DNA of 64,000 bases from Escherichia coli. Lineage in GTDB: Bacteria > Pseudomonadota > Gammaproteobacteria > Enterobacterales > Enterobacteriaceae. How positions within the stretch are numbered: position 1 is the stretch's first letter; every line of letters starts with the position of its first letter. The stretch lies in assembly GCF_003018235.1 (NCBI RefSeq), contig NZ_CP027437.1. One strand, written 5' to 3'. The notes under the pieces were generated by a model that was not told the DNA's origin, did not search any database, and saw nothing but the letters and a program-made list of their open reading frames with translations. Of the stretch, positions 18,714-30,459 are shown piece after piece. The translations under genes were made by a program, and so were the position numbers.

Positions 18714-19056
18714 GGCCTGTCAGTTTCTTAAGATATCCAGACCAACCGCCACCAACTGGATACGAACAGGCCGCCTACAGGCAACACGTAAAGATCCAAC
18801 CAAGTCAAAATCTCCTTACCTCACAACACGGCAAGCCTGCATTGCGGCGCTTCAGTCTCCGCTGCATACTGTCCAGGTGAGCGCGGGTGATGGCATAACA
18901 GAGGAAAGAAAATGTCACTCTTCCGCAGAAATGAAATATGGTATGCCTCGTATTCGCTCCCGGGCGGGAAACGAATTAAGGAATCTCTTGGCACAAAGGA
19001 CAAGCGGCAAGCTCAGGAGTTGCACGACAAGCGAAAAGCAGAACTCTGGCGAGTAG
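18685..19056 (+). CDS. xis: putative excisionase
   Basis: ATG with GAGGT RBS within GTG-initiated track ORF 18655..19056; winged-helix-like N-terminus ([26 protein letters not shown]); 3' end overlaps int in another frame. Confidence 0.4.
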   Translation: MESYSLTLDEACQFLKISRPTATNWIRTGRLQATRKDPTKSKSPYLTTRQACIAALQSPLHTVQVSAGDGITEERKCHSSAEMKYGMPRIRSRAGNELRNLLAQRTSGKLRSCTTSEKQNSGE

Positions 19057-20075
19057 AAAAGCTAGGGGATTTACCTGATGTCACTTTTGAAGAGGCCTGC
19101 CTAAGATGGCTTGAGGAAAAAGCTGATAAAAAATCTCTCGATTCAGATAAAAGCCGGATTGAGTTCTGGCTTGAACATTTTGAGGGTATAAGGCTTAAAG
19201 ATATCTCGGAGGCAAAGATTTACTCTGCTGTAAGCAGAATGCATAACAGAAAGACGAAAGAAATATGGAAACAGAAAGTTCAGGCCGCCATCAGGAAAGG
19301 TAAAGAACCGCCTGTTTATGAACCAAAGCCAGTATCAACTCAGACAAAGGCAAAGCATCTTGCCATGATAAAGGCCATTCTCCGTGCTGCAGAACGCGAC
19401 TGGAAGTGGCTGGAAAAAGCGCCTGTCATCAAGATACCAGCGGTCAGAAACAAGCGAGTCAGATGGCTGGAAAAGGAGGAAGCAAAACGCCTTATTGATG
19501 AGTGCCCCGAACCACTGAAATCTGTCGTCAAGTTTGCGCTGGCAACTGGTCTGAGAAAGTCGAACATCATAAATCTGGAATGGCAACAAATCGACATGCA
19601 GCGACGAGTTGCCTGGGTGAATCCAGAAGAGAGCAAATCAAACCGCGCCATTGGTGTGGCGCTGAACGATACCGCCTGTAAAGTGTTGCGTGATCAAATA
19701 GGCAAGCATCACAAATGGGTGTTTGTACATACCAAGGCGGCTAAGCGAGCAGATGGAACATCAACGCCTGCGGTCAGGAAGATGCGCATCGACAGCAAGA
19801 CATCATGGCTATCAGCTTGTCGTCGTGCAGGAATTGAAGATTTCCGTTTCCATGACCTCAGACACACCTGGGCAAGCTGGCTGATTCAGTCAGGCGTCCC
19901 ATTATCAGTGCTTCAGGAAATGGGCGGATGGGAGTCCATAGAAATGGTTCGTAGGTATGCTCACCTTGCGCCTAATCATTTGACAGAGCATGCGAGGAAA
20001 ATAGACGACATTTTTGGTGATAATGTCCCAAATATGTCCCACTCTGGAATTATGGAGGATATAAAGAAGGCGTAA
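18912..20075 (+). CDS. intD: tyrosine integrase IntD
   Basis: 387-aa product with C-terminal catalytic R...HDLRHT...Y motifs; matches K-12 DLP12 IntD length and position next to argU. Confidence 0.9.
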   Translation: MSLFRRNEIWYASYSLPGGKRIKESLGTKDKRQAQELHDKRKAELWRVEKLGDLPDVTFEEACLRWLEEKADKKSLDSDKSRIEFWLEHFEGIRLKDISEAKIYSAVSRMHNRKTKEIWKQKVQAAIRKGKEPPVYEPKPVSTQTKAKHLAMIKAILRAAERDWKWLEKAPVIKIPAVRNKRVRWLEKEEAKRLIDECPEPLKSVVKFALATGLRKSNIINLEWQQIDMQRRVAWVNPEESKSNRAIGVALNDTACKVLRDQIGKHHKWVFVHTKAAKRADGTSTPAVRKMRIDSKTSWLSACRRAGIEDFRFHDLRHTWASWLIQSGVPLSVLQEMGGWESIEMVRRYAHLAPNHLTEHARKIDDIFGDNVPNMSHSGIMEDIKKA

Positions 20076-20090
20076 CTGATTGAATTGTAA

Positions 20091-20167
20091 TGGCGCGCCC
20101 TGCAGGATTCGAACCTGCGGCCCACGACTTAGAAGGTCGTTGCTCTATCCAACTGAGCTAAGGGCGC
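20091..20167 (-). tRNA. argU: tRNA-Arg (anticodon UCU), argU; prophage attachment site
   Basis: Reverse complement reads GCGCCCTTAGCTCAGTTGGATAGAGCAACGACCTTCTAAGTCGTGGGCCGCAGGTTCGAATCCTGCAGGGCGCGCCA, a cloverleaf with UCU anticodon. Confidence 0.9.
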
Positions 20168-20198
20168 GTTGATACCGCAATGCGGTGTAATCGCGTGA

Positions 20199-20226
20199 AT
20201 TATACGGTCAACCCTTGCTGAGTCAA
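20199..20226 (-). promoter_or_regulatory. argU promoter
   Basis: On minus strand TTGACT-N16-TATAAT about 30 nt upstream of the tRNA 5' end. Confidence 0.55.
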
Positions 20227-20409
20227 TGGCTTTTGATCTGGTTGCTGAACAAGTGAACGACCGCGTCTGATTTTCTGATTTATTTCGCTATAGCGGCAAA
20301 CAAACGTACACCGCTGCGCGTCTGAATCAAGAAAACCCGTATTTTCATGTATCAAAGTACAATTTCCCGCCCTAACGGAAAATTGTCCGATCCTATGAGA
20401 CTGGTAACT

Positions 20410-21042
20410 ATGAAACCAACGTCGGTGATCATTATGGATACTCATCCTATCATCAGAATGTCTATTGAAGTTCTGTTGCAAAAAAACAGTGAATTGCAAA
20501 TTGTCCTGAAAACGGATGATTATCGCATAACCATCGATTATCTCCGAACCCGTCCTGTTGATTTAATCATTATGGATATAGACTTGCCCGGAACAGACGG
20601 TTTTACCTTCCTGAAAAGGATCAAACAAATCCAGAGCACAGTGAAAGTATTATTTTTATCATCGAAATCAGAATGCTTTTATGCTGGCAGAGCGATACAA
20701 GCTGGTGCTAACGGTTTTGTCAGTAAATGCAATGATCAGAATGATATTTTTCATGCCGTTCAGATGATCCTCTCCGGATACACTTTTTTTCCCAGCGAAA
20801 CGCTCAACTATATAAAAAGCAATAAATGTAGCACGAATAGTTCAACGATCACTGTGCTATCTAATCGTGAAGTGACCATATTACGTTATCTGGTCAGCGG
20901 ATTATCTAATAAAGAAATTGCCGATAAGTTATTACTTAGCAATAAAACAGTTAGTGCGCATAAATCTAATATTTATGGCAAGCTAGGATTGCATTCAATT
21001 GTAGAGCTTATCGACTACGCCAAATTATATGAATTAATATAA
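20410..21042 (+). CDS. fimZ: FimZ response-regulator (LuxR-type) fimbrial regulator
   Basis: 210 aa from internal ATG (MKPTSVIIMDTHPIIRM...); receiver domain plus LuxR HTH; matches recalled FimZ. Confidence 0.9.
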   Translation: MKPTSVIIMDTHPIIRMSIEVLLQKNSELQIVLKTDDYRITIDYLRTRPVDLIIMDIDLPGTDGFTFLKRIKQIQSTVKVLFLSSKSECFYAGRAIQAGANGFVSKCNDQNDIFHAVQMILSGYTFFPSETLNYIKSNKCSTNSSTITVLSNREVTILRYLVSGLSNKEIADKLLLSNKTVSAHKSNIYGKLGLHSIVELIDYAKLYELI

Positions 21043-21044
21043 TA

Positions 21045-21560
21045 TTAATTATAATTGATCATAAATATCGCATCCGCTTTCGCCACACCTGGCTGAACAC
21101 CGCTGGCTAACGCTCGATAATTGGCAAAAAAGTTTAGTGTGACATTGCCATTTGCATCTACTTCCTCAGTCGGGCTCGCCTCCCCCAGTGCGAGCCGGGA
21201 GCGATCGCTATTACGTAATTCGATGGCGACGGTTTGTGCCATTGCGGGATCATCCAGAGCCAGCAGGTTGGCATCAGATGCCGGCGTTCCCGTAAATAAA
21301 ATCGCAACTGAACCCGGAGGACATCCCTCCAGCCGCAGGCTAAAAGGGACGAGTGCCGTGGTATCGCCAGCGCTCAGTAATTGTGTCGTAGGCCATCTGC
21401 CTAAATCTACCGTCTTATCCTTATCCGCTGTGTTTACGGTACAGGAGAAATCAACAACGTTACCGTGCAAATTGATATTAATCGTTCCTAAAGGGTCAAC
21501 TGCCCATCCACTGGAACTCCACAGTAGCCCGCAGAAACAGCTAAAGAGTACTCTTCTCAT
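21045..21560 (-). CDS. sfmF: fimbrial minor subunit SfmF
   Basis: 171 aa from internal ATG (MRRVLFSCFCGLLWSSSGWA...), signal peptide plus fimbrial pilin domain. Confidence 0.8.
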   Translation of the reverse strand: MRRVLFSCFCGLLWSSSGWAVDPLGTININLHGNVVDFSCTVNTADKDKTVDLGRWPTTQLLSAGDTTALVPFSLRLEGCPPGSVAILFTGTPASDANLLALDDPAMAQTVAIELRNSDRSRLALGEASPTEEVDANGNVTLNFFANYRALASGVQPGVAKADAIFMINYN

Positions 21561-21570
21561 TCTCCGTACC

Positions 21571-22578
21571 TCATTGATAATCGACGCGTAAATACCCCAG
21601 CGCGCTAAACGGCCCTTCGGTCGGTTTTTGACCGGTAATACTGATAGGCCAGGCGCGAAGTGTGACATTGGCTGCCGCAGCTGCATCCAGACGGAAAGGA
21701 ATAACGCTATTGAGATCGTTAGGCGTGATCGGCGTATCGTTCTGATCGGCCACAATAAAACCTAAATCCTGATTGTCCGACACCATCGCCTGACCAGAAA
21801 CGGCACTGGCTTCCAGACGCATTGTTAAATAAGCCTGCGCAGCAACATTCGTACATTTGATCGCAATGCTCTTGGTTTGCGGCATGACACCAGCTGGTCG
21901 ATTCCCCGGCCCTGCCGCACTAAATAACGATGCGCCGATATCACCAAAATCAAATTCAACAATTTGCCCGGCATTTAATTCGCAGTTTTGCGGTACTTCA
22001 ACCCGGCCACCAAAACTAATGGTATAAACAGGTGTAACCAACGGATCGTTAGGCGTTGATGTCACATACACGGTAAACATCACCTGTCTGGGGATCTCCA
22101 CCATGTTAATAAAGGGACGAATAACCTTTAAACGAAATATCAAACGAGAATCCATCACCCCGAACGGAAGGTTTTGCGAAACGTTAGGATCTGTTCCCAT
22201 ACGGATATAATTTTGCGGGGGAAACTGAATATCCATCACGCTATCAACCAGACTCATCGCACCTAATAGATAATCATTTAATTTCATATATTTATAATTA
22301 TCGATAGTTTCCTGAACAATAAAGTTGGTGACATAACTACGGTATGTATAATTCACCAGCGTGCCGGGTGGACAAATTGCTGACACACCTACCCAGCCGG
22401 ATTTTTCCGGTAAAACAACAATCTGGCCTGGCTGGTTATTGGTGCTATTAAAGACATTTGAGAGATCATAGTGTTCATCTTCTGCTACGCCAGTACTATT
22501 TGCACAAACAGTAGCCCAGGATATGTTTGCCAGACACAAACATGCCATTGCCAATAATAATCTGCAGATTATCTTCAT
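21571..22578 (-). CDS. sfmH: fimbrial adhesin-like protein SfmH (start uncertain)
   Basis: About 330 aa, signal peptide, FimH-like position in the operon. Confidence 0.8.
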   Translation of the reverse strand: MKIICRLLLAMACLCLANISWATVCANSTGVAEDEHYDLSNVFNSTNNQPGQIVVLPEKSGWVGVSAICPPGTLVNYTYRSYVTNFIVQETIDNYKYMKLNDYLLGAMSLVDSVMDIQFPPQNYIRMGTDPNVSQNLPFGVMDSRLIFRLKVIRPFINMVEIPRQVMFTVYVTSTPNDPLVTPVYTISFGGRVEVPQNCELNAGQIVEFDFGDIGASLFSAAGPGNRPAGVMPQTKSIAIKCTNVAAQAYLTMRLEASAVSGQAMVSDNQDLGFIVADQNDTPITPNDLNSVIPFRLDAAAAANVTLRAWPISITGQKPTEGPFSALGYLRVDYQ

Positions 22579-22590
22579 TGATAATTTCCT

Positions 22591-25200
22591 TTATGAGCCA
22601 GAATGTGTGCAAACTGCCGAAATAACAGTGACGGCTTGCTGTAAGCTTTGCTTCGGCAATACATAGTGCGCAATGCAGCGTGAGTTCGCGCCGTCTCCCC
22701 ACTGAACCAGTAATTCACCAGACAATGGCGCACCACTTAAATAAACTTGCCCGTCATCACCCACCATACTGGTTATTCCGGTACTGTTTTCCCGTACCAG
22801 TGATCCAAACGGCACCGGTTTTCCGCCCTGGGTAACGGTAATGAGCGCCCGCACGCCTATGCGGGTATCAAAATTGGCACGAACCAACGCGCCTTGCGTC
22901 GGCACAACGCTGCTAATATTTTTTTCAACATCGATGGAATTCCCCATCGTATTGGTATCAAGCGCGATACGGTTATACCGATAAACCGTGGCATACGGCA
23001 TCACCGCATAGCCGCGCCAGTCGGTTAAAATTCCAGTTTGATTTTCAATGCGTACACCGCCTGCGCCTGGCGCTTTAATCAAAACATTGGTATCCCCTAA
23101 AGGCTGGCTCAGCGTTATACCATTTTCATGCCCGACCACACCGCCAGACAGCTGCCAGTTAACGTCATGTTGATCGCGGTCGTAGTTATACCCGACCCCC
23201 AGCGTACCGTAAGCGGCCTGCCAGTTTGCCGTGGCGCTGCCCGTATACCCATTATTCGAGGTATCGCCCTGGCTTACGTGATAACTCAGGTTGTGGCCTT
23301 CCAGTAAGGTCCCACCAACGCCTGCCAGCCAGCTATTTTGCCCGTTGCTGTTACGGTTGGCGTTAAAGGAGGCATAAGCGCGGTCGAGCGCATTTTCCCG
23401 GGTGTAGCGACGTTTGGTCAGAACATTGAAAGGCACTGAAACATTAAGTCCGACAATACGTTCGTTATCGGGGATCCCTACAGATTCATTCCACGAAAAT
23501 GAGAGTGAATAACTGATGCCAACCCAGCTGCTGGTATACCCCACCTGATACCAGGTATCTGAATCCGAAGTATTCCAGTATTTTTGATGGGTACCAGAGA
23601 TATAAAGCGAGCCAAAGTCATTAAGTGATTGTGAAATATTTAACTGCAAACGGTCTTTACGGCTAAAGCGTAAATTGTGGTAATTCACGATTATCGGTTC
23701 ATCGCGATGCTCACCGTCATAATCGTAATCATATTCGTACCCCTCCATTCGACGATACGCAACATCATCAAGGGTATAAAAACCTTGTGTCGAATAGCGG
23801 TAACCCATTAACTGAAAATTGGTGCCGAAAGTGTTCATTGATTTCGCATAGAGGAAGCGAATGGAATCCCCCTCATGACGACTGTCGTCGGCTAACTGAC
23901 TGCGCGCATGCGTTACATCCAGCGACACTGCGCCCCAGTTCCCGAGGTTGCGCCCCAGCCCTAACAAAAAGGCGGTGTAATTGGCAGATAATTGCGTCCC
24001 GCCGTAGGCAGTAAATTCCTGTGGTAAACCGCCGAGTGCCGTACCCTGAAAAAAGAAAGGCGATGATTGCTGACTATTACCGCTACGAAAATCGCCCGCC
24101 GTCAGGTCAAATTTGAAACGCCCTTCGCGTTGTAAAATTGGCACTGTTGAATACGGAATCGTGTAATTCTGCTGATTACCATCGCGCTCGTCGATGGTGA
24201 CGTCCAGATCGCCATTTGAAGATGTCGGGTGCAAATCTGTAATTTCAAAAGCGCCGGGGGAAACATAGCTTTGATAGATAATAAAACCATTTTGCCGAAT
24301 CGTTAGCTGGGCCGCCGTACGGGCAATCCCACGTACCGTTGGGGCAAACCCTTGCTGGCTATCAGGATACATATTATCGGAAGAGTAAAGCCGTACACCA
24401 CGAAATCCAACGCCATCGAAAATATCACTTCCTGTATTGCCGTCTCCCATTACCAGTTCACTTTTCAGCGGAATAATGGCGCGCTGTACCCAGGTGCCAA
24501 TATTATTCCACTGTTCTGAATGATATCCATTTCCGCGAAAATAGTTCCAGGAACCATTGTTGCGTAAACGCCACGGGCCAATATTAATCCCGCTGAGCTC
24601 ACTAAAAAAATAGCTATCGTTACCATTACCTCTGTTACCGGTGAAATTATAATTCAGGAGTAAAGCAGGAATACCTTCATCCCACTCTTCAGGCGGAATG
24701 TAACCGTGAGCGCTACTCAACAACGCTATCTGAGGAATAGTGATGTTCAGGCGCATCGCTGCAAAATCAAAGTTAATTGTGGCATCAGGTACAGCTTTCA
24801 GTAAATTAATGCATTTATTATTTTGCTGCTGGGCTAACTCGGGGAATGCACTGCTATTAAGGCCAATTCGTTCAAGGAGTGCCTGATTAAAACAAGGCAT
24901 TAACCCACCTGATTTATCACCTGTATTTACTGTCGTCGATTCAAATACGATATCCTGTGAACCAATGAACTCATCATTACGCCAGAGATCCACCCGATAC
25001 ACGCCTGCAGGTTGATGATTACCTCTCTCAAAGCGCGATAAATCAGCAACGGATGTGCCATTCTCTAATAAAAATGCCGGGTTGAAATAACTTTCCGCAT
25101 AGCTTAAAAAGGAGGGTAAAATGGCAAGAGATGAATAACAAATTCCGGCCAGACACCAGGTATACCTCTGCGGAATATCCGTAGTAGTGGGTATTTTCAT
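22591..25200 (-). CDS. sfmD: fimbrial outer-membrane usher SfmD
   Basis: 869 aa usher-family protein between chaperone and adhesin genes. Confidence 0.9.
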   Translation of the reverse strand: MKIPTTTDIPQRYTWCLAGICYSSLAILPSFLSYAESYFNPAFLLENGTSVADLSRFERGNHQPAGVYRVDLWRNDEFIGSQDIVFESTTVNTGDKSGGLMPCFNQALLERIGLNSSAFPELAQQQNNKCINLLKAVPDATINFDFAAMRLNITIPQIALLSSAHGYIPPEEWDEGIPALLLNYNFTGNRGNGNDSYFFSELSGINIGPWRLRNNGSWNYFRGNGYHSEQWNNIGTWVQRAIIPLKSELVMGDGNTGSDIFDGVGFRGVRLYSSDNMYPDSQQGFAPTVRGIARTAAQLTIRQNGFIIYQSYVSPGAFEITDLHPTSSNGDLDVTIDERDGNQQNYTIPYSTVPILQREGRFKFDLTAGDFRSGNSQQSSPFFFQGTALGGLPQEFTAYGGTQLSANYTAFLLGLGRNLGNWGAVSLDVTHARSQLADDSRHEGDSIRFLYAKSMNTFGTNFQLMGYRYSTQGFYTLDDVAYRRMEGYEYDYDYDGEHRDEPIIVNYHNLRFSRKDRLQLNISQSLNDFGSLYISGTHQKYWNTSDSDTWYQVGYTSSWVGISYSLSFSWNESVGIPDNERIVGLNVSVPFNVLTKRRYTRENALDRAYASFNANRNSNGQNSWLAGVGGTLLEGHNLSYHVSQGDTSNNGYTGSATANWQAAYGTLGVGYNYDRDQHDVNWQLSGGVVGHENGITLSQPLGDTNVLIKAPGAGGVRIENQTGILTDWRGYAVMPYATVYRYNRIALDTNTMGNSIDVEKNISSVVPTQGALVRANFDTRIGVRALITVTQGGKPVPFGSLVRENSTGITSMVGDDGQVYLSGAPLSGELLVQWGDGANSRCIAHYVLPKQSLQQAVTVISAVCTHSGS

Positions 25201-25230
25201 AATTAGCTCTGATATTGTCAGATGATTCGG

Positions 25231-25923
25231 TTAGTTTAAGTTCACTTCTCTGACCGGGGTTACTGAACCATAATCATTAACGGTCTGAAATTTCAGCTTT
25301 CCCTGCACTCCTGAGGGTAAGGGAATTTGTGAATTAACTCTGGGTGCAGCCATAGCATTCCCCAGTTTTTGGCTGCCCACTTGCAAGTTAACCAGGGTGA
25401 CATAAAAAGGTGATGGATTATGAACATTGATATAGTTACCGGATCGCGAAAACTTGAGTGTGTCCGGCGCTTCTGCGGGTAATTCTTGTAATTGAATTGG
25501 ACGGAGAAATAATTTCATGCGCGATAAAATCGCCAGTTGCAAAACATTCCTGCCGTTCAATGCATTTTTATCTACCGAAGGGATCGTCTTAACATTCATC
25601 CAGAACAGAGACTCACGATCTGCCGCCAGCGGTGGACCGGTGTAAATAATACGCAAAGTATTTTCGCTTTTGGGTTCACTAACAAACAGTGGCGGTGTAA
25701 TGATGAATGACTTTTCTTTTACACCGCTGCTGTTTTCAATCCACGAATTGACCAGAAAGCGCTCATTGGTATGGCTATTTCTAATCCATACTGCAGTCTG
25801 TTTAGCATCAGCGGGATAAATAATACGCGTGGCACCTAATGCGATCCCTCCGGCAGCATGGGCGCTGGCCGAAATGATTAAATAAAATATAATGAGCATC
25901 AATAACTTTATTTTAGTCATCAT
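25231..25923 (-). CDS. sfmC: periplasmic fimbrial chaperone SfmC
   Basis: 230 aa, signal peptide, PapD-like chaperone motifs. Confidence 0.9.
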   Translation of the reverse strand: MMTKIKLLMLIIFYLIISASAHAAGGIALGATRIIYPADAKQTAVWIRNSHTNERFLVNSWIENSSGVKEKSFIITPPLFVSEPKSENTLRIIYTGPPLAADRESLFWMNVKTIPSVDKNALNGRNVLQLAILSRMKLFLRPIQLQELPAEAPDTLKFSRSGNYINVHNPSPFYVTLVNLQVGSQKLGNAMAAPRVNSQIPLPSGVQGKLKFQTVNDYGSVTPVREVNLN

Positions 25924-26142
25924 AGTTAATACGCCTTGTGTATTCCTGACGGCAAAAATAAGAATTATAAAGAAATGATTGCTTTGGTTTCTTACAACAC
26001 ATCATTCCCTTTTCATTTAATAAAGCGGCATGATACAAAGTGAACATGATTTCGATTTACATTGCCACCATACCGCTTCTGACAACCGGTACATTACTTT
26101 GTTATAAGACGTGATATATAATTCAAAACAACGTGGTTTTGA

Positions 26143-26685
26143 TTATTCGTATCTCATAATAAAAGTCGCGTCAGCATTTGCTTGCCCTGCTGATGCACTT
26201 GTACCGGTGCCTTTATAACGTGCAGAAAAATGAAGAACGTTGGTCCCGGGGATCAAGTTCTGGTTGGTTGAGAAGCTATTCCCATCAGGTTTGAGAATTG
26301 CGGATGTATTATCAAGTATTTCAATACCGACACCCGTTGCTGTTGTTGTATTAGTACTGGATGCAATGGCCAATAAATTATCATTGATTGCATCCGCCTG
26401 ACCAGAAAATGCAACGGCAGCATTAGCGGCAACGACAGGATCGCAGTCGTTCAACTGTATAGTGAATGGAATTAATGCAGAGGTATTACCAACAGCATTG
26501 AAAATATCGGTACGATATTGACCGAGTGTGACAACCTGGTCTGCCGAGTCAGTATTCACTGAACAGGCAGCATTCACCAGTTCGCCCTCAAAGTGAATTG
26601 TACCGCCATCTACAACGGCAGCATAACTACCCGTAGCGGCGAATAGTGCGGCGGCCAGCGCAGACGAAATAAATCTTAATTTCAT
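26143..26685 (-). CDS. sfmA: type 1-like fimbrial major subunit SfmA
   Basis: 180 aa from internal ATG ([22 protein letters not shown]...), pilin fold with conserved C-terminal strand. Confidence 0.85.
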   Translation of the reverse strand: MKLRFISSALAAALFAATGSYAAVVDGGTIHFEGELVNAACSVNTDSADQVVTLGQYRTDIFNAVGNTSALIPFTIQLNDCDPVVAANAAVAFSGQADAINDNLLAIASSTNTTTATGVGIEILDNTSAILKPDGNSFSTNQNLIPGTNVLHFSARYKGTGTSASAGQANADATFIMRYE

Positions 26686-27155
26686 ATATATTCCTTCAAT
26701 CTCATTTATCGACTCCACATCCGTATATAACCGATTACTTTATTTAAGACACTGATAGTAGTAAATTCCTTTTTATCCTCTAAGAATGTCTTAATTGAAA
26801 ATATGCACTCTATTCTAAAAAATAGAGAGCCCCGTTAGATGAATACTTCCGCGCAAAATATATTCAACACAAATATAGACCTGAAGCGGTAAATTACCAG
26901 GCTGAAAATTCTTTTTATATTGTCAGGTATTTCTTAAATTATCTTAATCCTTTGACAAGGAAATAAGTCAGTTCCAGATTTACAACGCCATCATGGACGA
27001 AAAATGAAGCTTTCAATCTCAGCGACAGTACGCCTCACCTTCGCACGAGGTCGCTTCACGCGATAAATCTGAAACGAAACCTGACAGCGCGTCCCGCTTC
27101 TGACAAAATAGGCGCATCCCCTTCGACCTACGTAACAGATGGAATCCTCTCTCTG

Positions 27156-28022
27156 ATGGCAGCAAAGATTATTGACGGTAAAACGATTGCGCAGCAGGTG
27201 CGCTCTGAAGTTGCTCAAAAAGTTCAGGCGCGTATTGAAGCCGGACTGCGGGCACCAGGACTGGCCGTTGTGCTGGTGGGTAGTAACCCTGCATCGCAAA
27301 TTTATGTCGCAAGCAAACGCAAGGCTTGTGAAGAAGTCGGGTTCGTCTCCCGCTCTTACGACCTCCCGGAAACCACCAGCGAAGCGGAGCTGCTGGAGCT
27401 TATCGATACGCTGAATGCCGACAACACCATCGATGGCATTCTGGTTCAACTGCCGTTACCGGCGGGTATTGATAACGTCAAAGTGCTGGAACGTATACAC
27501 CCGGACAAAGACGTAGACGGTTTCCATCCTTATAACGTCGGTCGCCTGTGCCAGCGCGCGCCGCGTCTGCGTCCCTGCACCCCGCGCGGTATTGTCACGC
27601 TGCTTGAGCGTTACAACATTGATACCTTCGGCCTCAACGCCGTGGTGATTGGCGCATCGAATATCGTTGGCCGCCCGATGAGCATGGAACTGCTACTGGC
27701 AGGTTGCACCACCACCGTGACTCACCGTTTCACTAAAAATCTGCGTCACCACGTAGAAAATGCCGATCTATTGATCGTTGCCGTCGGTAAGCCAAGCTTT
27801 ATTCCCGGTGACTGGATCAAAGAAGGCGCAATTGTGATTGATGTCGGCATCAACCGTCTGGAAAATGGCAAAGTTGTGGGCGACGTCGTGTTTGAAGACG
27901 CGGCTAAACGCGCCTCATACATTACGCCTGTTCCCGGCGGCGTTGGCCCGATGACGGTTGCCACGCTGATTGAAAACACGCTACAGGCGTGCGTTGAATA
28001 TCATGATCCACAGGGTGAGTAA
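27156..28022 (+). CDS. folD: bifunctional methylenetetrahydrofolate dehydrogenase/cyclohydrolase FolD
   Basis: 288 aa, matches recalled FolD. Confidence 0.95.
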   Translation: MAAKIIDGKTIAQQVRSEVAQKVQARIEAGLRAPGLAVVLVGSNPASQIYVASKRKACEEVGFVSRSYDLPETTSEAELLELIDTLNADNTIDGILVQLPLPAGIDNVKVLERIHPDKDVDGFHPYNVGRLCQRAPRLRPCTPRGIVTLLERYNIDTFGLNAVVIGASNIVGRPMSMELLLAGCTTTVTHRFTKNLRHHVENADLLIVAVGKPSFIPGDWIKEGAIVIDVGINRLENGKVVGDVVFEDAAKRASYITPVPGGVGPMTVATLIENTLQACVEYHDPQGE

Positions 28023-28023
28023 C

Positions 28024-28236
28024 ATGGCGACATTTTCTTTAGGTAAACATCCGCACGTTGAGCTGTGCGACTTGCTGAAACTGGAAGGCTGGAGCGAAAG
28101 CGGCGCGCAGGCGAAAATCGCGATTGCCGAAGGCCAGGTGAAAGTCGACGGTGCGGTTGAAACGCGCAAACGCTGCAAAATCGTTGCCGGGCAGACAGTG
28201 AGTTTTGCAGGTCACAGCGTACAGGTTGTTGCCTGA
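28024..28236 (+). CDS. ybcJ: S4-domain RNA-binding protein YbcJ
   Basis: 70 aa from ATG one nt after folD stop (MATFSLGKHPHVELCDLLK...). Confidence 0.85.
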   Translation: MATFSLGKHPHVELCDLLKLEGWSESGAQAKIAIAEGQVKVDGAVETRKRCKIVAGQTVSFAGHSVQVVA

Positions 28237-28343
28237 TCCCTTTCCCGGCCTGTAACAACAGGCCGGTTCTCTTTTCAGACTTTTGCCCTCTACGCCCCGT
28301 TCATCCATGCTGATAGCATCGACATTTTGCCGAAGTGACCATC

Positions 28344-28865
28344 ATGCCAACCGTTATTACGCACGCCGCCGTTCCCCTTTGCATTGGTTTAGGGTTGGGT
28401 TCGAAAGTCATCCCTCCGCGCCTGTTATTTGCCGGAATCATCCTGGCGATGCTGCCCGATGCCGACGTCTTGTCGTTTAAATTTGGCGTTGCTTACGGCA
28501 ATGTTTTTGGTCATCGCGGGTTTACCCATTCGCTGGTGTTTGCGTTTGTTGTCCCGCTGTTATGTGTGCTGATTGGGCGTCGATGGTTCAGGGCTGGGCT
28601 GATTCGCTGCTGGCTGTTTTTAACCGTCTCGTTGCTATCGCACAGCTTGCTGGATTCGGTAACCACTGGCGGTAAAGGGGTTGGCTGGCTGTGGCCGTGG
28701 TCAGATGAACGCTTTTTCGCTCCCTGGCAGGTGATTAAAGTCGCGCCGTTTGCATTGTCTCGTTACACCACGCCGTACGGGCATCAGGTGATTATTTCTG
28801 AATTGATGTGGGTGTGGTTGCCGGGGATGCTACTGATGGGAATGTTGTGGTGGCGCAGACGATAA
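28344..28865 (+). CDS. ybcI: inner-membrane DUF457 metal-dependent hydrolase-like protein YbcI
   Basis: 173 aa polytopic membrane protein (MPTVITHAAVPLCIGLGL...). Confidence 0.8.
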   Translation: MPTVITHAAVPLCIGLGLGSKVIPPRLLFAGIILAMLPDADVLSFKFGVAYGNVFGHRGFTHSLVFAFVVPLLCVLIGRRWFRAGLIRCWLFLTVSLLSHSLLDSVTTGGKGVGWLWPWSDERFFAPWQVIKVAPFALSRYTTPYGHQVIISELMWVWLPGMLLMGMLWWRRR

Positions 28866-28900
28866 CCGGATGCGAAAACTCGCATCCGGTAATAGCGCAA

Positions 28901-30286
28901 TTACTTACGACGCCAGGTGGTCCCTTGCGGGCCATCTTCCAGCACGATCCCCATCTCGTTAAGACGGTCACGCGCCGCATCTGCCGCCGCCCAGTCTTTC
29001 GCTTTACGGGCATCCAGACGCTGTTGAATTAACGCTTCAATCTCAGCCACTTCACTGTCGTCTGCCTGCGCACCGCTTTGCAGGAACGCTTCCGGTTCTT
29101 GCTCCAGCAGGCCCAATACAGCGGAAAGTTTACGCAGATGAGACGCCATTGCATTCGCCGCTGCCATATCTTCTGCTTTCAGACGGTTCACTTCACGGGC
29201 CATATCAAACAGCACGGAATAGGCTTCCGGGGTGTTGAAATCGTCATCCATCGCTTCAATAAAGCGCGCTTCAAACGCTTCGCCACCGGCAGGCGCAACG
29301 GTTTTATCTGTGCCGCGCAGCGCAGTGTAGAGGCGCTCCAGCGCCGCACGCGCCTGCTTCAGGTTCTCTTCGCTGTAGTTCAACTGGCTGCGATAGTGGC
29401 CCGACATCAGGAAGTAACGCACGGTTTCAGCATCGTAGTATTTCAGCACATCGCGCACGGTAAAGAAGTTACCCAGCGATTTGGACATCTTCTCGCGGTC
29501 AACCATTACCATCCCGGAGTGCATCCAGTAGTTCACATACTGACCATCATGTGCACAGGTGGACTGCGCGATTTCGTTTTCGTGGTGTGGGAACATCAGG
29601 TCTGAACCACCGCCGTGGATATCAAAGTGGTTACCCAACTGCTTGCAGTTCATTGCCGAACATTCAATGTGCCAGCCTGGACGGCCCGCGCCCCACGGAG
29701 ACGGCCAGCTCGGTTCGCCCTCTTTCGACATCTTCCACAGAACGAAGTCCATCGGGTTGCGTTTGTCGTCGACCACGTCAACGCGCGCGCCTGCCTGCAG
29801 CTGGTCGAGATCCTGACGCGACAGCACGCCATAAGTCGGATCGGTCGGGACGTCGAACATCACGTCGCCGTTGTCCGCCACATAAGCGTGACCTTTGGCG
29901 ATCAGTTGTTCAGTGAGTTCAATAATTTCTGCGATATGGTGCGTCGCGCGCGGCTCCATATCCGGGCGCAGAATGTTCAACGCATCAAAATCTTTGTGCA
30001 TTTCGGCGATCATGCGATCCACCAGCGCCACAAAGCTTTCGCCATTTTCATTGGCGCGTTTGATGATTTTGTCGTCGATATCGGTAATGTTGCGCACATA
30101 CTTCAGCTTATAGCCGAGGAAACGCAGATAGCGCGCAACCACGTCAAAGGCAACAAAGGTACGCCCGTGACCGATATGACAGAGATCGTAAACGGTGATT
30201 CCACACACGTACATGCCGACTTCCCCGGCGTGAATAGGCTTAAATTCCTCTTTTTGGCGTGTCAGAGTATTGAAGATTTTTAGCAT
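28901..30286 (-). CDS. cysS: cysteinyl-tRNA synthetase
   Basis: 461 aa with HIGH (CHIGHGRT) and KMSKS motifs. Confidence 0.95.
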
Positions 30287-30459
30287 CGAAGATTCCGTTT
30301 AGACATGTGTGGGTAATTGAGTTGCGTATAATACCCATATTTCCCGCGCGAATCAGCATACATTGCGTGATGATCCGATCGTGCGGTTATGCTATAACAC
30401 CACCCTATATATGACCCGAACCGGGTTGAAGCACCAATCAAACGGAACAGGATGCAAAA

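Larger units (their letters stand above)
1..20090. mobile_element. Lambdoid prophage (DLP12-like backbone with lambda-like modules) integrated at argU; extends beyond window start
   Basis: Continuous phage gene order terS, HNH, lysis cassette, Q, rusA, nin genes, P, O, cro, cI, Red genes, xis, int; int stop lies 16 nt from the 3' end of a tRNA-Arg gene. Confidence 0.85.

Noticed and set aside
26991-27449. 152-aa minus-strand ORF spanning the sfmA-folD intergenic region and the folD 5' end
   Set aside because: It overlaps the folD start and promoter region, has a low-complexity Arg/Cys-rich translation and no homologue that I recognise.
29078-30283. Several plus-strand ORFs (up to 222 aa) inside cysS, and similar antisense ORFs inside gcl, ybbP, fdrA, ylbE and cnoX
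   Set aside because: They lie entirely antisense to well-supported conserved genes, have no RBS context and no recognisable motifs; they are typical six-frame artefacts of GC-rich coding sequence.
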